Positions 19,681-30,512 of a stretch of DNA of 64,000 nucleotides are shown here, one piece after another. This DNA is from Hoeflea sp. (GTDB lineage: Bacteria; Pseudomonadota; Alphaproteobacteria; Rhizobiales; Rhizobiaceae): the NCBI RefSeq assembly GCF_043585085.1, contig NZ_CP121320.1; one strand, 5' to 3'. The notes beneath the pieces were generated by a model. That model searched no databases. It saw only the letters and a program-made list of their open reading frames with translations, and was not told where the DNA came from. Each line of letters begins with the position of its first letter. The first letter of the stretch is position 1. The position numbers and the translations under genes were made by a program.

Positions 19681-20583
19681 TCAAGCCACCGATCTTTTGG
19701 CCGGTTGGGCGGAGGGTGAATTGGCGATCAGGGCAAAGACCTGATCAGGCGCCACCTCGTGGAAAAGGTGGCCGCCATAGGGGAGAATTTCCAGCCCGCA
19801 GCCAGGGATGCGCTGGGCTGCCTGACGCGACACGCGATCCGGCACCATCGGATCGTCCGCAGCGGCAATCAGCGTCACCGGCACTGAAATCTCTCCCAGG
19901 CGGGCGATCAGCGGCTCGAGGTGCCAGTTGGCCATCATCCCGAGCGCGCCGCTGACATGAGCTGGCTGGCGCAACAGCAGGGCGTAGCAATCGCGCCCCT
20001 GGTCGTCGATCCGCGATCCGGTTGCGCGCAGCAGATGCCCCGCCATATCCACCATCCGCGCCTGGAACGAGACAAAACGCGAGGTCAGCGGATTGGCAAA
20101 CAACAGCTTGGCGAGTGGCGACAGCAGCGCATTGCCGCGGATCGGTTCAAGCGCGCCGTTGAGGCCGGCAATGCGCCCGGGCGGAAAGGATTGCGACAAC
20201 GCCATTTCAAGCAGCACCGCAACGCCTGCGGAATGGCCAATGGCGATTGCGGGGTTGAGCTTCAGCGTGGAGAGAAGACCAGAGAGAGCCCGCGCCATCC
20301 CCGGCAATGTGAGATCCGCTGAGCGCGCGCCGCGGGTAAAGCCATGCCCCGGAAGATCGATGGCAATCACACGATGGTTCCGCGCCAGAAGCGGCATCAA
20401 ACCTCGGTGCGAATGGCTGGACGCGCCCGCGCCATGAACCAGCAGTGCAACCGGTGCATTCTCATCACCCAGTTCCTGCACGTGCCAATCCATCCCTCCC
20501 GATGCGACCAACCGACTGTGGTCGCGAAACGGCCAGTTGCGGCCTTCAATGTCGAGGTCGAGTGGACGGGCGGACAGGCTCAT
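19681..20583 (-). CDS. bchO: BchO alpha/beta hydrolase
   Basis: LVHGAGASSHS, DLPGHGFT and GHSAG nucleophile elbow; ATGA-coupled to bchD. Confidence 0.9.
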   Translation of the reverse strand: MSLSARPLDLDIEGRNWPFRDHSRLVASGGMDWHVQELGDENAPVALLVHGAGASSHSHRGLMPLLARNHRVIAIDLPGHGFTRGARSADLTLPGMARALSGLLSTLKLNPAIAIGHSAGVAVLLEMALSQSFPPGRIAGLNGALEPIRGNALLSPLAKLLFANPLTSRFVSFQARMVDMAGHLLRATGSRIDDQGRDCYALLLRQPAHVSGALGMMANWHLEPLIARLGEISVPVTLIAAADDPMVPDRVSRQAAQRIPGCGLEILPYGGHLFHEVAPDQVFALIANSPSAQPAKRSVA

Positions 20584-22502
20584 GGCCCTGCGGCCTTTTG
20601 CAGTTCCGCGCTGACTATGGCGTTGACCGCACTGGCCGACACATTTGGCAACTGGCAATATTGCGCCTGCATGGATCGCGCGAGATCCCGGGTGGCCTCG
20701 CGCGGGCGGCGCGAAATGTCGATCAGGATCGAGCGGTAGCCAAGTGCGGCGCCCTGGCGCGCCAGTATCTGGGCATCATCGCGGGCACGGGCGCGGTCTG
20801 CCCCGCCATCCAGCGCAATGTTGCCGCTGCCATCGGTGAGATAGACAATCAGCGGCGACTGGCCGCGGCGCTGAACCATGCCGGCGATTTCGAGCGAGCG
20901 GCGGATCGCGCCGGCAAGCGGCGTCGGGCCGCCTCCAGGCATGCCCGTGAGCGAGCGCTTGGCGCGGACCAACGAGCGGGTCGGTTCCAGCAGCGTTTCG
21001 GCTGCGCGCCCGCGAAAGGTGATCAGCGCGACATGGTCACGCCGCACATAGCAATCGCCCAGCAGCAGCTCAATCGCGCCCTTGGCCTCGGCCAGCCGCT
21101 CCATGGCCGTGGAGCCGGAGGCATCAACGGCGAAGATGGCGGTGGATTCGGTGCGGTGACGGAACCGGATGTAACGGAAATCCGATGGCAGGATCTTCAG
21201 CGGCGGTGCTCGACCATCCACCGACAGGGCGAAATCCGGGTTGCGCAGCCGCTGCCAGGGAATGGCTGCGCGCAATGTCGACACAATATCGGGCCGCGCC
21301 TCGGCATAGGGCGGGCGCGAGACGATACCGGCGGGCCGGCCGCGACGGGAGCCTGATTTGAAACCACCGGACTTACCGCTGCGTGCGGATTTTGATGCTG
21401 CCGAACGATCAGGCCGATCAAGTTCGGCGAGCACAGCACGGGAGGCTGCCGCGGCGGCGACCAGCATGTCCTCTTCGCTTATCTCTGTCTCGGAGGGTTC
21501 CTGCTCGGGATCACTGTCCTCGGGCGTATCGGGCTGCTCCGGCTGGTCAGCCTGCATTTGTTCGGGCTCGGCCGGTTGGGTCTCCTCCTGGGCTTGCTCT
21601 TGCTCGGGCTGAGACTGTTCATCGACGTTCAGCGACAGGCCGAGGCAAAGCCTGACGGCAACAGCCAGATGCTCGGCATCAACCGTCTCGCTGTGTTCCA
21701 GGCTTGCAAGAATCCGGGCCACGCGCAGTAGATCGAGACCCCGGCGCAAGGGGCTGCCAGGCAGCGCCAGCGAAATCGCTGCCGCGGCTTCGCGCAGACC
21801 ATCGTCGACAGGCGCAGAGGCAAAGGCCCCGGCATCGGGCAGGTTTGCTCCCATTTCGCGGGCCAGATCGAGATCGAGCTCCGCGTCGTGAATGGACAGG
21901 CCTTCAAGCCGGACATCCAGTGTCAGCCGGTCAGCGAGAGCCGCGGGGACGTCCTCGTCCTCATCCACGGATTCATCGAGCGCGATGACCGAGAACCGCG
22001 CAGGATGCTTGCGGCCAGAGCCGCCGGTGGCCACTCCGTCATCAAGCGTTCGGCCAATGATGGCGGCACTGCCGCCGCTCAGCCGTTCGGCCATGCCCAG
22101 AATGATCACACCGCCATCGGCGCGGGCAAGCAGACCCTTCTCATGCACCGGACGTCCGGCCGTGAGCGTGGCGGTGATGTCTATTCCGCCGGTCAGCCGT
22201 CCGGCGGCTGAGGAGGCGGGAATCCGGATCCAGGGGCGTTTGCTGTCAGATTTGGCGTCTACCATAGCACGGGCCATGTCCAGCCAGCGGTCGCGGACCG
22301 GACCGGCCCCGGCGCGCAACCGAACGCCGCCAATCAGCCCGGCACCGGCTGCAAGCACCTGCGCCGCGAGCAAAGCGTCGCTCCAGCGTTGACGGGACCA
22401 GCTTGTGCCGGACAGGTGCTGATCCTCCGGTGGCTTTGGGTGCAGCCCGGGGTGCTGCCCGAGGGGCTGCTTGGGATCAGCACTGGCGTCGGGATCAGGC
22501 AT
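20580..22502 (-). CDS. bchD: Magnesium chelatase subunit D
   Basis: Acidic Glu/Pro linker and vWA MIDAS FAVDASGS; GGGPTPLA. Confidence 0.95.
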   Translation of the reverse strand: MPDPDASADPKQPLGQHPGLHPKPPEDQHLSGTSWSRQRWSDALLAAQVLAAGAGLIGGVRLRAGAGPVRDRWLDMARAMVDAKSDSKRPWIRIPASSAAGRLTGGIDITATLTAGRPVHEKGLLARADGGVIILGMAERLSGGSAAIIGRTLDDGVATGGSGRKHPARFSVIALDESVDEDEDVPAALADRLTLDVRLEGLSIHDAELDLDLAREMGANLPDAGAFASAPVDDGLREAAAAISLALPGSPLRRGLDLLRVARILASLEHSETVDAEHLAVAVRLCLGLSLNVDEQSQPEQEQAQEETQPAEPEQMQADQPEQPDTPEDSDPEQEPSETEISEEDMLVAAAAASRAVLAELDRPDRSAASKSARSGKSGGFKSGSRRGRPAGIVSRPPYAEARPDIVSTLRAAIPWQRLRNPDFALSVDGRAPPLKILPSDFRYIRFRHRTESTAIFAVDASGSTAMERLAEAKGAIELLLGDCYVRRDHVALITFRGRAAETLLEPTRSLVRAKRSLTGMPGGGPTPLAGAIRRSLEIAGMVQRRGQSPLIVYLTDGSGNIALDGGADRARARDDAQILARQGAALGYRSILIDISRRPREATRDLARSMQAQYCQLPNVSASAVNAIVSAELQKAAGP

Positions 22503-23526
22503 TGCCAACCGGAGCTCCCGCAATTTCGCTGATGGCGCGGTCAACACGCACCTTGGATCCGGCTTCATCAAGCGGATCGCGGCGAAGCCGGTGACTGAGG
22601 GCCATAGGTGCAATCGCAAGCACATCCTCGACCGTCGCCTTCGAGCGCCTTGAGAGGGCAGCCTTGGCACGGGTGGCGCGCATCAGTGTCAGTTCACCGC
22701 GCAATCCATCGACTCCCAACTGCATGCACAAATGCGCCATCATGGTCATCAGCCGTTCGGACAGTTCGACCGTACCGACCGCCTTGCGACCGGCGATGAT
22801 GCGCCGGGCGAGCTTCTGCTCGTCCTTCTCCCAAACCGCGTGAAACGCATCGGAATCCTGCTCATAGGCGTCACGGCGTTTGAGCACCTCGATGCGCGAG
22901 GCGATATCGCGTGGAGATGCGACATCCACCGAGAGGCCGAACCGGTCAAGCAATTGCGGGCGCAGCTCGCCCTCTTCCGGGTTGCCGCTTCCCACCAGCA
23001 CGAAACGCGCGGGATGGCGCACGCTCAGACCTTCGCGCTCGACCACATTGACCCCGGAGGCGGCAACGTCGAGCAGCAGATCGACGAGATGGTCCTCAAG
23101 CAGATTGACTTCATCGACATAAAGAAAGCCCCGGTGCGCCTTGGCGAGCAGGCCGGGCTCAAAGGCGCGTTCGCCCGAGACCAGCGCTTTTTCGATGTCG
23201 AGAGCGCCGCAGACACGGTCTTCGGTGGCGCCCAGGGGCAGATCCACCATCGGCGCGCGGCGCTTGATTCGCTCCGATCTGGGCGCGGTGGCACAGATTG
23301 GACAGGGTTCGGCGGGTGTGGCGGGATCGCAATTGTAACGGCAGCCTTTGGTCGAAACGAGTTCAGGGGTGAGTTCCGCCAGGGCGCGAACGGCTGTGGA
23401 CTTGCCGGTGCCGCGATCGCCAAACACCAGAACGCCGCCGAGCGAAGGCTCGACTGCGGCCATCAAGAGCGCGTCTTTCATCTCATCCTGACCGACAATG
23501 GCGCTGAAGGGATAGGGCTTGGCCAT
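22495..23526 (-). CDS. bchI: Magnesium chelatase subunit I
   Basis: YPFSAIVGQ, GDRGTGKST, LYVDEVNLL and NPEEGELRPQLLDRFG. Confidence 0.98.
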   Translation of the reverse strand: MAKPYPFSAIVGQDEMKDALLMAAVEPSLGGVLVFGDRGTGKSTAVRALAELTPELVSTKGCRYNCDPATPAEPCPICATAPRSERIKRRAPMVDLPLGATEDRVCGALDIEKALVSGERAFEPGLLAKAHRGFLYVDEVNLLEDHLVDLLLDVAASGVNVVEREGLSVRHPARFVLVGSGNPEEGELRPQLLDRFGLSVDVASPRDIASRIEVLKRRDAYEQDSDAFHAVWEKDEQKLARRIIAGRKAVGTVELSERLMTMMAHLCMQLGVDGLRGELTLMRATRAKAALSRRSKATVEDVLAIAPMALSHRLRRDPLDEAGSKVRVDRAISEIAGAPVGNA

Positions 23527-23618
23527 GGCTGAAACCACCTTTCATTCCGCTTGCGCCCTCACCCAAGCTGATCCTCAAGCCTGGCTGACAGCGCGGGACA
23601 CTCCTCGCAAATCCCGAG

Positions 23619-23660
23619 TGTCCATAAAATTAGACACCTGTACGTAAATCAGAATATACA
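23619..23660 (-). promoter_or_regulatory. PpsR palindrome(s) upstream of bchI
   Basis: Perfect TGT-N12-ACA at 23619-23636 plus a one-mismatch CGT-N12-ACA at 23643-23660. Confidence 0.7.
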
Positions 23661-23752
23661 CTCCGCTGGCTTTTGCAATCGGCCTTTGACAATCCCGGCA
23701 AATAGTCTTTGAGAACGCCCACAGCTCTTTTGCGATGTATCATCTGCGTATA

Positions 23753-23796
23753 TGTAAAAATATTCTGACATTATTTTTTGTAAAATTTTGTTTACA
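23753..23796 (+). promoter_or_regulatory. Tandem PpsR palindromes upstream of dxs
   Basis: TGT-N12-ACA at 23753-23770 and 23779-23796, 8 bp apart. Confidence 0.85.
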
Positions 23797-23892
23797 TCTG
23801 ACTTCAATCCGGCAAATATGAGGGTGGTCCGGAGTCACTTTCCTGATCCCGGACCTTCCGGCACACTGCCGGACCAATTGGGAGGTTTGCCT

Positions 23893-25845
23893 ATGGGGAT
23901 CGTGACCAAACCGGAACATTCAACGCCGATACTCGATCGAACCAAAAGCCCCGAGGCATTGCGTGACATGAGCGATGCCGACCTCGTCAGTCTCGCCGAT
24001 GAGCTCAGGCGCGATACCATTGCGAAGGTGGCGGCGACTGGCGGACATTTGGGCTCGACACTGGGCGTCATCGAACTGACGGTCGCCATCCACGCAGTCT
24101 TCGATACCCCGCGCGACAAGCTGATCTGGGATGTCGGCCATCAGGCCTATGCCCACAAGATCCTGACCGGTCGGCGCGAAGCGATGGCCACCCTGCGTCA
24201 GGACGGCGGCCTTTCCGGCTTCACCAAACGCGCCGAGAGTGAATACGATCCATTCGGAGCCGCACATTCCTCGACCTCGATTTCCGCAGGGCTGGGATTT
24301 GCCACTGCGCGCTCCTTCGGCTTTGGCGATGGCGACGCCATCGCTGTCATCGGCGACGGAGCGATGTCGGCGGGCATGGCCTATGAAGCCATGAACAATG
24401 CCGGCAGCCTGGGACAGCGCCTGTTCGTCATCCTCAATGACAATGAAATGTCGATCTCGCCTTCTGTGGGCGCGTTTTCCAGACATCTTTCAGCGCTGTG
24501 CACGCAGGCACCGGCGATCGGGATGGATGCCATGATGCGCAAGGCGGCGTCGATGCTGCCGGAGCCGTTCAAGACCGGTGCGGCGCGGGCACGCCAGGCC
24601 GTCGGGGCCCTGGCAGGGACATCGAGCCTGTTTGAACATATGGGCTTTTCCTATATCGGGCCGGTGGATGGCCATGATTTGCCACAGCTTCTGGCGATCC
24701 TTCGCACGGTGCGCAATGTCGCCGACGGGCCGGTGCTGATCCACGCGATCACCCGAAAGGGCGCGGGCTATGCGCCGGCGGAAAACAGCGCCGACAAATA
24801 TCATGGCGTCGGCAGCTTCGACGCCGCGACGGGCGCGCTGTCAAAATCCAAGCCCAGTGCCCCCGCTTACACCAAGGTGTTCGCCCAGGCGCTGAGTGAC
24901 GAGGCGGACCGGGATACCGGCATTGTGGCGATCACGGCAGCAATGGCGTCTGGTACCGGGCTCGATGTGTTTTCGAAGGCGCATCCCGAGCGGATGTTTG
25001 ATGTCGGCATCGCCGAGCAACACGCGGTCACCTTTGCAGCCGGGCTGGCAGCGGCCGGGATGAAGCCATTCTGCGCGATCTATTCGACCTTCCTGCAGCG
25101 TGCCTACGACCAGATCGTCCATGATGTGGCGATCCAGGGCCTGCCGGTGCGTTTTGCCATCGACCGGGCTGGTCTGGTCGGGGCGGACGGGCCAACCCAT
25201 GCAGGAGCGTTTGACGTCGCTTATCTGTCGAACCTTCCGGGATTCACGGTGATGGCGGCGGCCGATGAGGCAGAGCTGGTGCATATGGTCGCCACCGCAA
25301 GGGCACATGACAGCGGGCCGATCGCCTTCCGCTACCCGCGTGGCGAGGGAACCGGTGTTGCACTTCCCGAGCGCGGCATTCCCATTCCCATCGGCAAGGG
25401 CCGGGTCGTTCGCGAAGGCCGCGACATTGCGTTTCTGTCTTTCGGCACCCGTCTTGGCGAATGCGAGAAGGCTGCCGACATCCTGTGTGCACGTGGCCTG
25501 TCGACAACCGTGGCCGATGCCCGGTTCGCCAAGCCCCTCGACATCGAGCTGATCGAGCAGCTGGCAAGCAGCCATGACGCGTTGATCACTGTCGAGGAAG
25601 GAGCCGGCGGTGGTTTTGGAGCGCGGGTGCTTGAACATCTTGCCTCGGCGGGCCGGCTTGATGGTTCGTTTGCCATCCGCACCCTGACCTTGCCGGACCG
25701 TTTTGAGGCGCATGCAGACCCGGCGGTTATGTATGAGCGATCCGCGCTGACCGCTCCTCAATTGGCTGATGCCGCCATTGCCAGCCTTGACACCAACGAG
25801 ACACATACCCGGTGTAAAAGAGCCGGGCTTGTCGCGATTACATAG
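23893..25845 (+). CDS. dxs: 1-deoxy-D-xylulose-5-phosphate synthase
   Basis: [29 protein letters not shown] and [10 protein letters not shown]; GGAGG at 23881. Confidence 0.97.
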   Translation: MGIVTKPEHSTPILDRTKSPEALRDMSDADLVSLADELRRDTIAKVAATGGHLGSTLGVIELTVAIHAVFDTPRDKLIWDVGHQAYAHKILTGRREAMATLRQDGGLSGFTKRAESEYDPFGAAHSSTSISAGLGFATARSFGFGDGDAIAVIGDGAMSAGMAYEAMNNAGSLGQRLFVILNDNEMSISPSVGAFSRHLSALCTQAPAIGMDAMMRKAASMLPEPFKTGAARARQAVGALAGTSSLFEHMGFSYIGPVDGHDLPQLLAILRTVRNVADGPVLIHAITRKGAGYAPAENSADKYHGVGSFDAATGALSKSKPSAPAYTKVFAQALSDEADRDTGIVAITAAMASGTGLDVFSKAHPERMFDVGIAEQHAVTFAAGLAAAGMKPFCAIYSTFLQRAYDQIVHDVAIQGLPVRFAIDRAGLVGADGPTHAGAFDVAYLSNLPGFTVMAAADEAELVHMVATARAHDSGPIAFRYPRGEGTGVALPERGIPIPIGKGRVVREGRDIAFLSFGTRLGECEKAADILCARGLSTTVADARFAKPLDIELIEQLASSHDALITVEEGAGGGFGARVLEHLASAGRLDGSFAIRTLTLPDRFEAHADPAVMYERSALTAPQLADAAIASLDTNETHTRCKRAGLVAIT

Positions 25846-26018
25846 AACGATTTCCATTTTACCCTAATTTTTTAGGGTTTTTATCTTGCTGTTTTCCGGC
25901 GTCTTTTCGATTCCGGAACAAACCGCGTTGCAGTATCGCCGGAATTATCCTCGTCTATACCACCAATCCGTCTTAACCTTTCTAATGCGGGGTCGGGTCC
26001 GCAACCTGGGGAGGTTCA

Positions 26019-26909
26019 ATGTCTGGCGACAGCGAAGGTGGTGGGTCAAACCAATTTGCCGAACCAAGGCGCAGTGCGCAGGGGGTTCCAACGGCTCCGC
26101 ATTCACGGAACCGGGCGGGAGGAGCATCATCGAAATCTGAAACCTTGGGCTGCAAGGACCGTGGCAAACTCGAACAGGCGATAAGACATCACCTGTTTCA
26201 CCACGAAGAAACGCCGGATACCATCCGCGTCGAAGACATGCTCGATGTCGACGGCACCATCCATTTTCGCCAGTTTCTCAGCGCCCTGATGGAGCACGAC
26301 CCGCGCTATTTCCGCGCAGCCCTCGAACGGCTGCGCCAGGAACATGTGCCGTTGCTGGTCATCTGCGAAACGCTGATCGTGCCAATTGCCGAGGAACTGG
26401 GACGGATGTGGTGCGAAGACACGGAGAGCTTTGCCTCGGTCACCGCAGCCTCCTCGCGCCTGCAACTGCTTTTGACCAGCCTGACCGATGCCGACGGGCC
26501 TTCTTTCTACGACGAAGAACGACCACGCATCCTGTTGATGCGCATGCCAAGCAATGACCACACGCTCGGGCTCAGCGTCATTGCATCGGTGTTTCATGAT
26601 GAAGGCTGGATGGTGGATGGCGGCCCCAGCCTGCAAAGCGGCAAGCGTGCCTACGATATGGCACGCAATGGCGGCTACAAGGTGATTGGCGTTTCGCTGG
26701 CTGTCGCCTCGACCACCCAGGATGTCGCTACGGTGATCAAGAATATCCGCGCGGCATGCCGGGGCAGCGACACCAAGATCCTGCTTGGCGGTCCCGCACT
26801 TGCACGGCGTGAAGACGCGCTTCATGCCACCGGCGCCGACATTGTGGCGCTTGATGTCCGGCAGGCTGTCCAGCAAGCAAATGCGATGATCGCACGTCAG
26901 GCCGGCTGA
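26019..26909 (+). CDS. AerR/PpaA-like cobalamin-binding-domain protein
   Basis: LGRMWCEDTESFASVT...RLQ cap motif, NDHTLG (D/ExHxxG-like), VIGVS and LGGP; SD GGGAGG; no ppsR next to it. Confidence 0.75.
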   Translation: MSGDSEGGGSNQFAEPRRSAQGVPTAPHSRNRAGGASSKSETLGCKDRGKLEQAIRHHLFHHEETPDTIRVEDMLDVDGTIHFRQFLSALMEHDPRYFRAALERLRQEHVPLLVICETLIVPIAEELGRMWCEDTESFASVTAASSRLQLLLTSLTDADGPSFYDEERPRILLMRMPSNDHTLGLSVIASVFHDEGWMVDGGPSLQSGKRAYDMARNGGYKVIGVSLAVASTTQDVATVIKNIRAACRGSDTKILLGGPALARREDALHATGADIVALDVRQAVQQANAMIARQAG

Positions 26910-26981
26910 TTAAGCCAGACCGGATCGAACGGACATCAAGGCTCAGGGCTCCCGGGCTGCGAATATCCTGCTTGGCGGGAT

Positions 26982-28145
26982 TCAACCGGCAGGATCCGTA
27001 CCGCGCATCCTGAGCGATATCTGGACCATGGCAAGCGCGAGCAGTGAAAGCACCACACATGCCCAGAAGGCCTGAACCCCGATGATCCCGAACACCGCGC
27101 CGAAACCGGCGACGATCAGAATGGAAAACCCCTGCATCATCATTCCGAACAGGCTCTGTGCTTCGGCTGAGATGTTCTCGTCGGTTCGTTTGTTGATGAA
27201 ATACAGGCAGCCGAGATAGGCGAAGGTAAAACTGAGCGCCTGCCCCAGTTGCATCACCACAAGAACACCAAGTGGCGGGGAGAAGGTCATGCCCGCCCAG
27301 CGCAAGATCGATGCGACTGCTGCAAACATGATCAGAACCCGTGCTGGAAACCGTGTGTTGATCCGCTTCCAGGCGAACATGGTGACAGCCTCTGCTGCCG
27401 CACCCAGAGCGATCAACGCGCCAATGGCCGGTTCAGAAAGTCCCTGCTGCTTCCAGACCAATGAGGAAAAGGCGTTCATGACCATATGATTGCCAAACAG
27501 GATAGCACCGGCAATCACCGGCAGCAGGACCCATGGCCGGAAAGCCTCGATAGCCTCTCGGGACAAAAGACGGCCAGTTGGATTGGTGCGTGGCCGCTCG
27601 GCGTCGCGCAACCGCGGCAGGCCGGTTGCTGCCCAGAACCGCAGGGCGCAGGCCGTTGCAAAAAGCCAGACGAACGCACCAGCTCCCAGCCACAGGATGA
27701 GATAGCCGGTGGCGAAACACATGCTCAGAAAACCGACCGTGCCCCAGGCGCGGGTGGTGCCAAATGAGAAGCCGGCCCGGGCTGCCAGCCGAAGGGTAGC
27801 CGCGTCCGCCACCGGGCTGACGAGACCAGCGGGCAGATTGGTCATTGTCCAGACCAGCAAGATCGCCCAGAAACCTTCCGCAAACCCCAGCAGCAGCGAA
27901 GACGCCGCCGCAACTCCGGTTCCGATCATGATCGCCTGCTTCCAGTCAGAAGCGCGATCAGCGAGACGGCCGGCAAGTACGCTGAACAGCAACATGCCAA
28001 GCATCGGCAGGGTGTTGATCAGGCCTATCTGCGCGTCGGTGATGCCACGCTCGTTAAGCCAGATCGGCAGATAGGTGACGGTAACCGCAGCAGGCAGAAA
28101 GGTCAGGGCGTAATAGCGGGTTGCCGCGAGTTCCGGCGTTGCCAT
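26982..28145 (-). CDS. MFS transporter (about 12 TM, HcaT-like)
   Basis: YLPIWL, GRLADR and RAWGTVGF motifs; repeated hydrophobic helices. Confidence 0.85.
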   Translation of the reverse strand: MATPELAATRYYALTFLPAAVTVTYLPIWLNERGITDAQIGLINTLPMLGMLLFSVLAGRLADRASDWKQAIMIGTGVAAASSLLLGFAEGFWAILLVWTMTNLPAGLVSPVADAATLRLAARAGFSFGTTRAWGTVGFLSMCFATGYLILWLGAGAFVWLFATACALRFWAATGLPRLRDAERPRTNPTGRLLSREAIEAFRPWVLLPVIAGAILFGNHMVMNAFSSLVWKQQGLSEPAIGALIALGAAAEAVTMFAWKRINTRFPARVLIMFAAVASILRWAGMTFSPPLGVLVVMQLGQALSFTFAYLGCLYFINKRTDENISAEAQSLFGMMMQGFSILIVAGFGAVFGIIGVQAFWACVVLSLLALAMVQISLRMRGTDPAG

Positions 28146-28270
28146 GCGGGTCGGCCTTCCATAGCGGTCGGGTTGGCGGGGGCAGTTCCCCTTGAATGCT
28201 CTGCCCATACTGCATTCCCGGCTGCCGCGCCATGGCCAATCGATCCGCCCGAGCGGGTTGCGAAATCCTG

Positions 28271-28618
28271 TCAATCGGGATGGATTGCCCGGCTGTCGTC
28301 AGGCGCCTGGGCGCGGTCGTGCAAACCGTAGTCGCGCAACACATGAGCCACCCGCAAGCGATAATCCGAGAAGAGACCAGCGCGACCGTGTGACTGCGCA
28401 CCACGGTGGGCTGTCAGGGTTCGCCATTGCATGACGGCCTCTTCATCGCGAAAGAATGACAGTGACAGGAGCTTTCCCGGCGTGGTCAGACTTTCAAAGC
28501 GCTCCACCGATATGAATCCGTCAACCTCATCGAGCATCGCGCGCATGGTCGCGGCAATCTCGAGATACTCGACCCGGCGCCCGTCCGCGGGTTCCACTTC
28601 GAAAATCACTGCAATCAT
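28271..28618 (-). CDS. Antibiotic biosynthesis monooxygenase (ABM) family protein
   Basis: [32 protein letters not shown] and HRGAQ. Confidence 0.88.
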   Translation of the reverse strand: MIAVIFEVEPADGRRVEYLEIAATMRAMLDEVDGFISVERFESLTTPGKLLSLSFFRDEEAVMQWRTLTAHRGAQSHGRAGLFSDYRLRVAHVLRDYGLHDRAQAPDDSRAIHPD

Positions 28619-28944
28619 GAGCGCACCATAGAGCTGTGTGGCGTTGAAGCCAGTTTCAGAAATGTCCGGTCCTCGCGCAGCAGGAATTTTTCGCGCTGGG
28701 CAAACTCGTAGTTTTCCCGGCCCAGGGGATCATCGGCAAGGCGCGCGCGGTAGGCTTCGTAGGCTGCAAGACTCTCGACCGAGTAAACGCCATAGGCCAG
28801 CGCCGACGACCCTTCGTGAGGTGAGAAATATCCGATCAAGTCAGCTCCACAGCGCGGTATGGCCTGCCCCCAATTGCGGGCATATTCTTCAAACAACGCT
28901 TTCTTGGTGGGGTCGATGTGGTAGCGGATAAAGCAGGTGATCAT
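28615..28944 (-). CDS. NIPSNAP family protein
   Basis: [25 protein letters not shown] and SLAAYEAYR; ATGA overlap with the ABM gene. Confidence 0.88.
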   Translation of the reverse strand: MITCFIRYHIDPTKKALFEEYARNWGQAIPRCGADLIGYFSPHEGSSALAYGVYSVESLAAYEAYRARLADDPLGRENYEFAQREKFLLREDRTFLKLASTPHSSMVRS

Positions 28945-29108
28945 GGTGGCCTCCAGGTTGCGATGGCTCACCTTTCGCAGGTTGCGCATGTCAATGTTTC
29001 GGCCGCGCCCGAACTATCCGTGAAAGCCTGACATCAAGCGCGGCGGCCTGATCAACGCCTTGCACAATTTCAGACCTGCTGAAATGAGTTTGGCCGTCGC
29101 CCTGCGCG

Positions 29109-30512
29109 TTACGAAACACGCAGGTCAGCAGCCGGTTTGTTGCTGCGCATCAGCAACGGCGCGATCACGGCCAGGGCAGCAATCAGGAACAGGATTTCGA
29201 GCACATAGACGGCCAGATAGGGGGTGGCCGCGCCGAATCCGGTTTCCAGATCAAGGGCCAGCATGATGTCGCGCAGCACACTGCCGAGCGCAATGCCCGC
29301 CCCCGCCGATGTGGCCTGAACCGCACCCCATGCCCCGAGCGCCAACCCGATCTGTTCGCGCGGCGCCATTCGCATGGTTGCGGTCAATGTGCCGTGGCCA
29401 AAGAGGCCTGCGCCAAAACCGACCAGCGTGGTGCCGGTAACAAACAGCAATGGCCAGTCAAGCGGCGCTGCAAGGCAGATGGCAGCAAACGCGGGAACAC
29501 CCACCAGCGCGCCATAGCCCGCCATCAGCAACGGATCGAAGCCGCGGCTCAAGACCCGGGAGGCGAGTGCGAAGCCGATCAGGCTTCCACCGGCGAGCAT
29601 CGCGGTCAGTTTTGTGGTGTCTGCGACCGAAAGCGCCAGAACCTGGCCGCCATAGGGCTCAAGCAACACATCGGCCATGCCGAAACCCAAGGTTCCCAGC
29701 GCCACCACGGCAAGTCGGCGCATGGCCTGGCTGCCGCGGACCAGCTTCTGCCAGGAGTCTGCGAACTCCGGCGCCGGGCCTGTGACATCGCGCGGACGGC
29801 GGTTTCGCGCCTCCATCTTCCATAGTGCCAGCACATTGAGCACCAGCGTTGCGACAGCGGAGGCCTGAATCACCTGGATCAGACGGCCGGGGCTGAAATT
29901 TTCAAGCGCCTTGCCGAAGAGAAGCGCGCTGACAATCATCCCGATCAGCAGCATCACATACATCAGACCAACGACATTTGGCTGATCTTCCGGCGGCGCC
30001 AGGTCGGTGGCAAGGGCGAGACCGACGGTCTGCACCATGTGCATGCCCGCACCGACCAGCAGGAACGCCGTGCCCGCACCGAGATACCCGATCCAGACGG
30101 GCGCCGAGGCGGCTTGCCCCTGCCCGCTCAGAACCAGCAGCGCGAAGGGCATGATGGCGAGACCGCCAAATTGCAGCATGGTGCCGCGCCAGATGAAAGG
30201 GACCCGGCGCCAACCCAGCGCCGAGGTGTGGACATCGGACTTGAATCCGATAATTGCGCGGAACGGCGCGAAAAGAATGGGCAGTGCGATCATCACACCG
30301 ACAAGCGAGGCCGGAACACCAAGTTCGACGATCATGACGCGGTTGAGCGTTCCGATCAGCAAGACCAGCGCCATGCCGACCGAGACCTGAAACAGCGACA
30401 GCCGGAGCAAGCGGCTGAGTGGCAGATCCTCGCTTGCGACATCGGCAAACGGCAGAAACTTTGGACCGAGGCTGGCCCAGCCCTGTATCGCTTTCTGACT
30501 GATGCGGTTCAT
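29109..30512 (-). CDS. pucC: PucC family light-harvesting assembly MFS protein
   Basis: RLLRLSLFQVSVGM, GTLNRVMIVEL and GLALATDLAP; downstream of pucBA. Confidence 0.9.
   Translation of the reverse strand: MNRISQKAIQGWASLGPKFLPFADVASEDLPLSRLLRLSLFQVSVGMALVLLIGTLNRVMIVELGVPASLVGVMIALPILFAPFRAIIGFKSDVHTSALGWRRVPFIWRGTMLQFGGLAIMPFALLVLSGQGQAASAPVWIGYLGAGTAFLLVGAGMHMVQTVGLALATDLAPPEDQPNVVGLMYVMLLIGMIVSALLFGKALENFSPGRLIQVIQASAVATLVLNVLALWKMEARNRRPRDVTGPAPEFADSWQKLVRGSQAMRRLAVVALGTLGFGMADVLLEPYGGQVLALSVADTTKLTAMLAGGSLIGFALASRVLSRGFDPLLMAGYGALVGVPAFAAICLAAPLDWPLLFVTGTTLVGFGAGLFGHGTLTATMRMAPREQIGLALGAWGAVQATSAGAGIALGSVLRDIMLALDLETGFGAATPYLAVYVLEILFLIAALAVIAPLLMRSNKPAADLRVS

Noticed and set aside
17995-19719. 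Long antisense ORFs (also 8781-10172, 42512-43771, 49885-50871, 61647-62843)
   Set aside because: Shadow frames of well-supported genes in GC-rich DNA, with no motifs
25861-25878. ACCCTAA-TTTT-TTAGGGT dyad after dxs, and a possible cobalamin riboswitch before the aerR-like gene
   Set aside because: The stem is short and AT-rich, so terminator versus operator cannot be decided; no B12-box motifs seen
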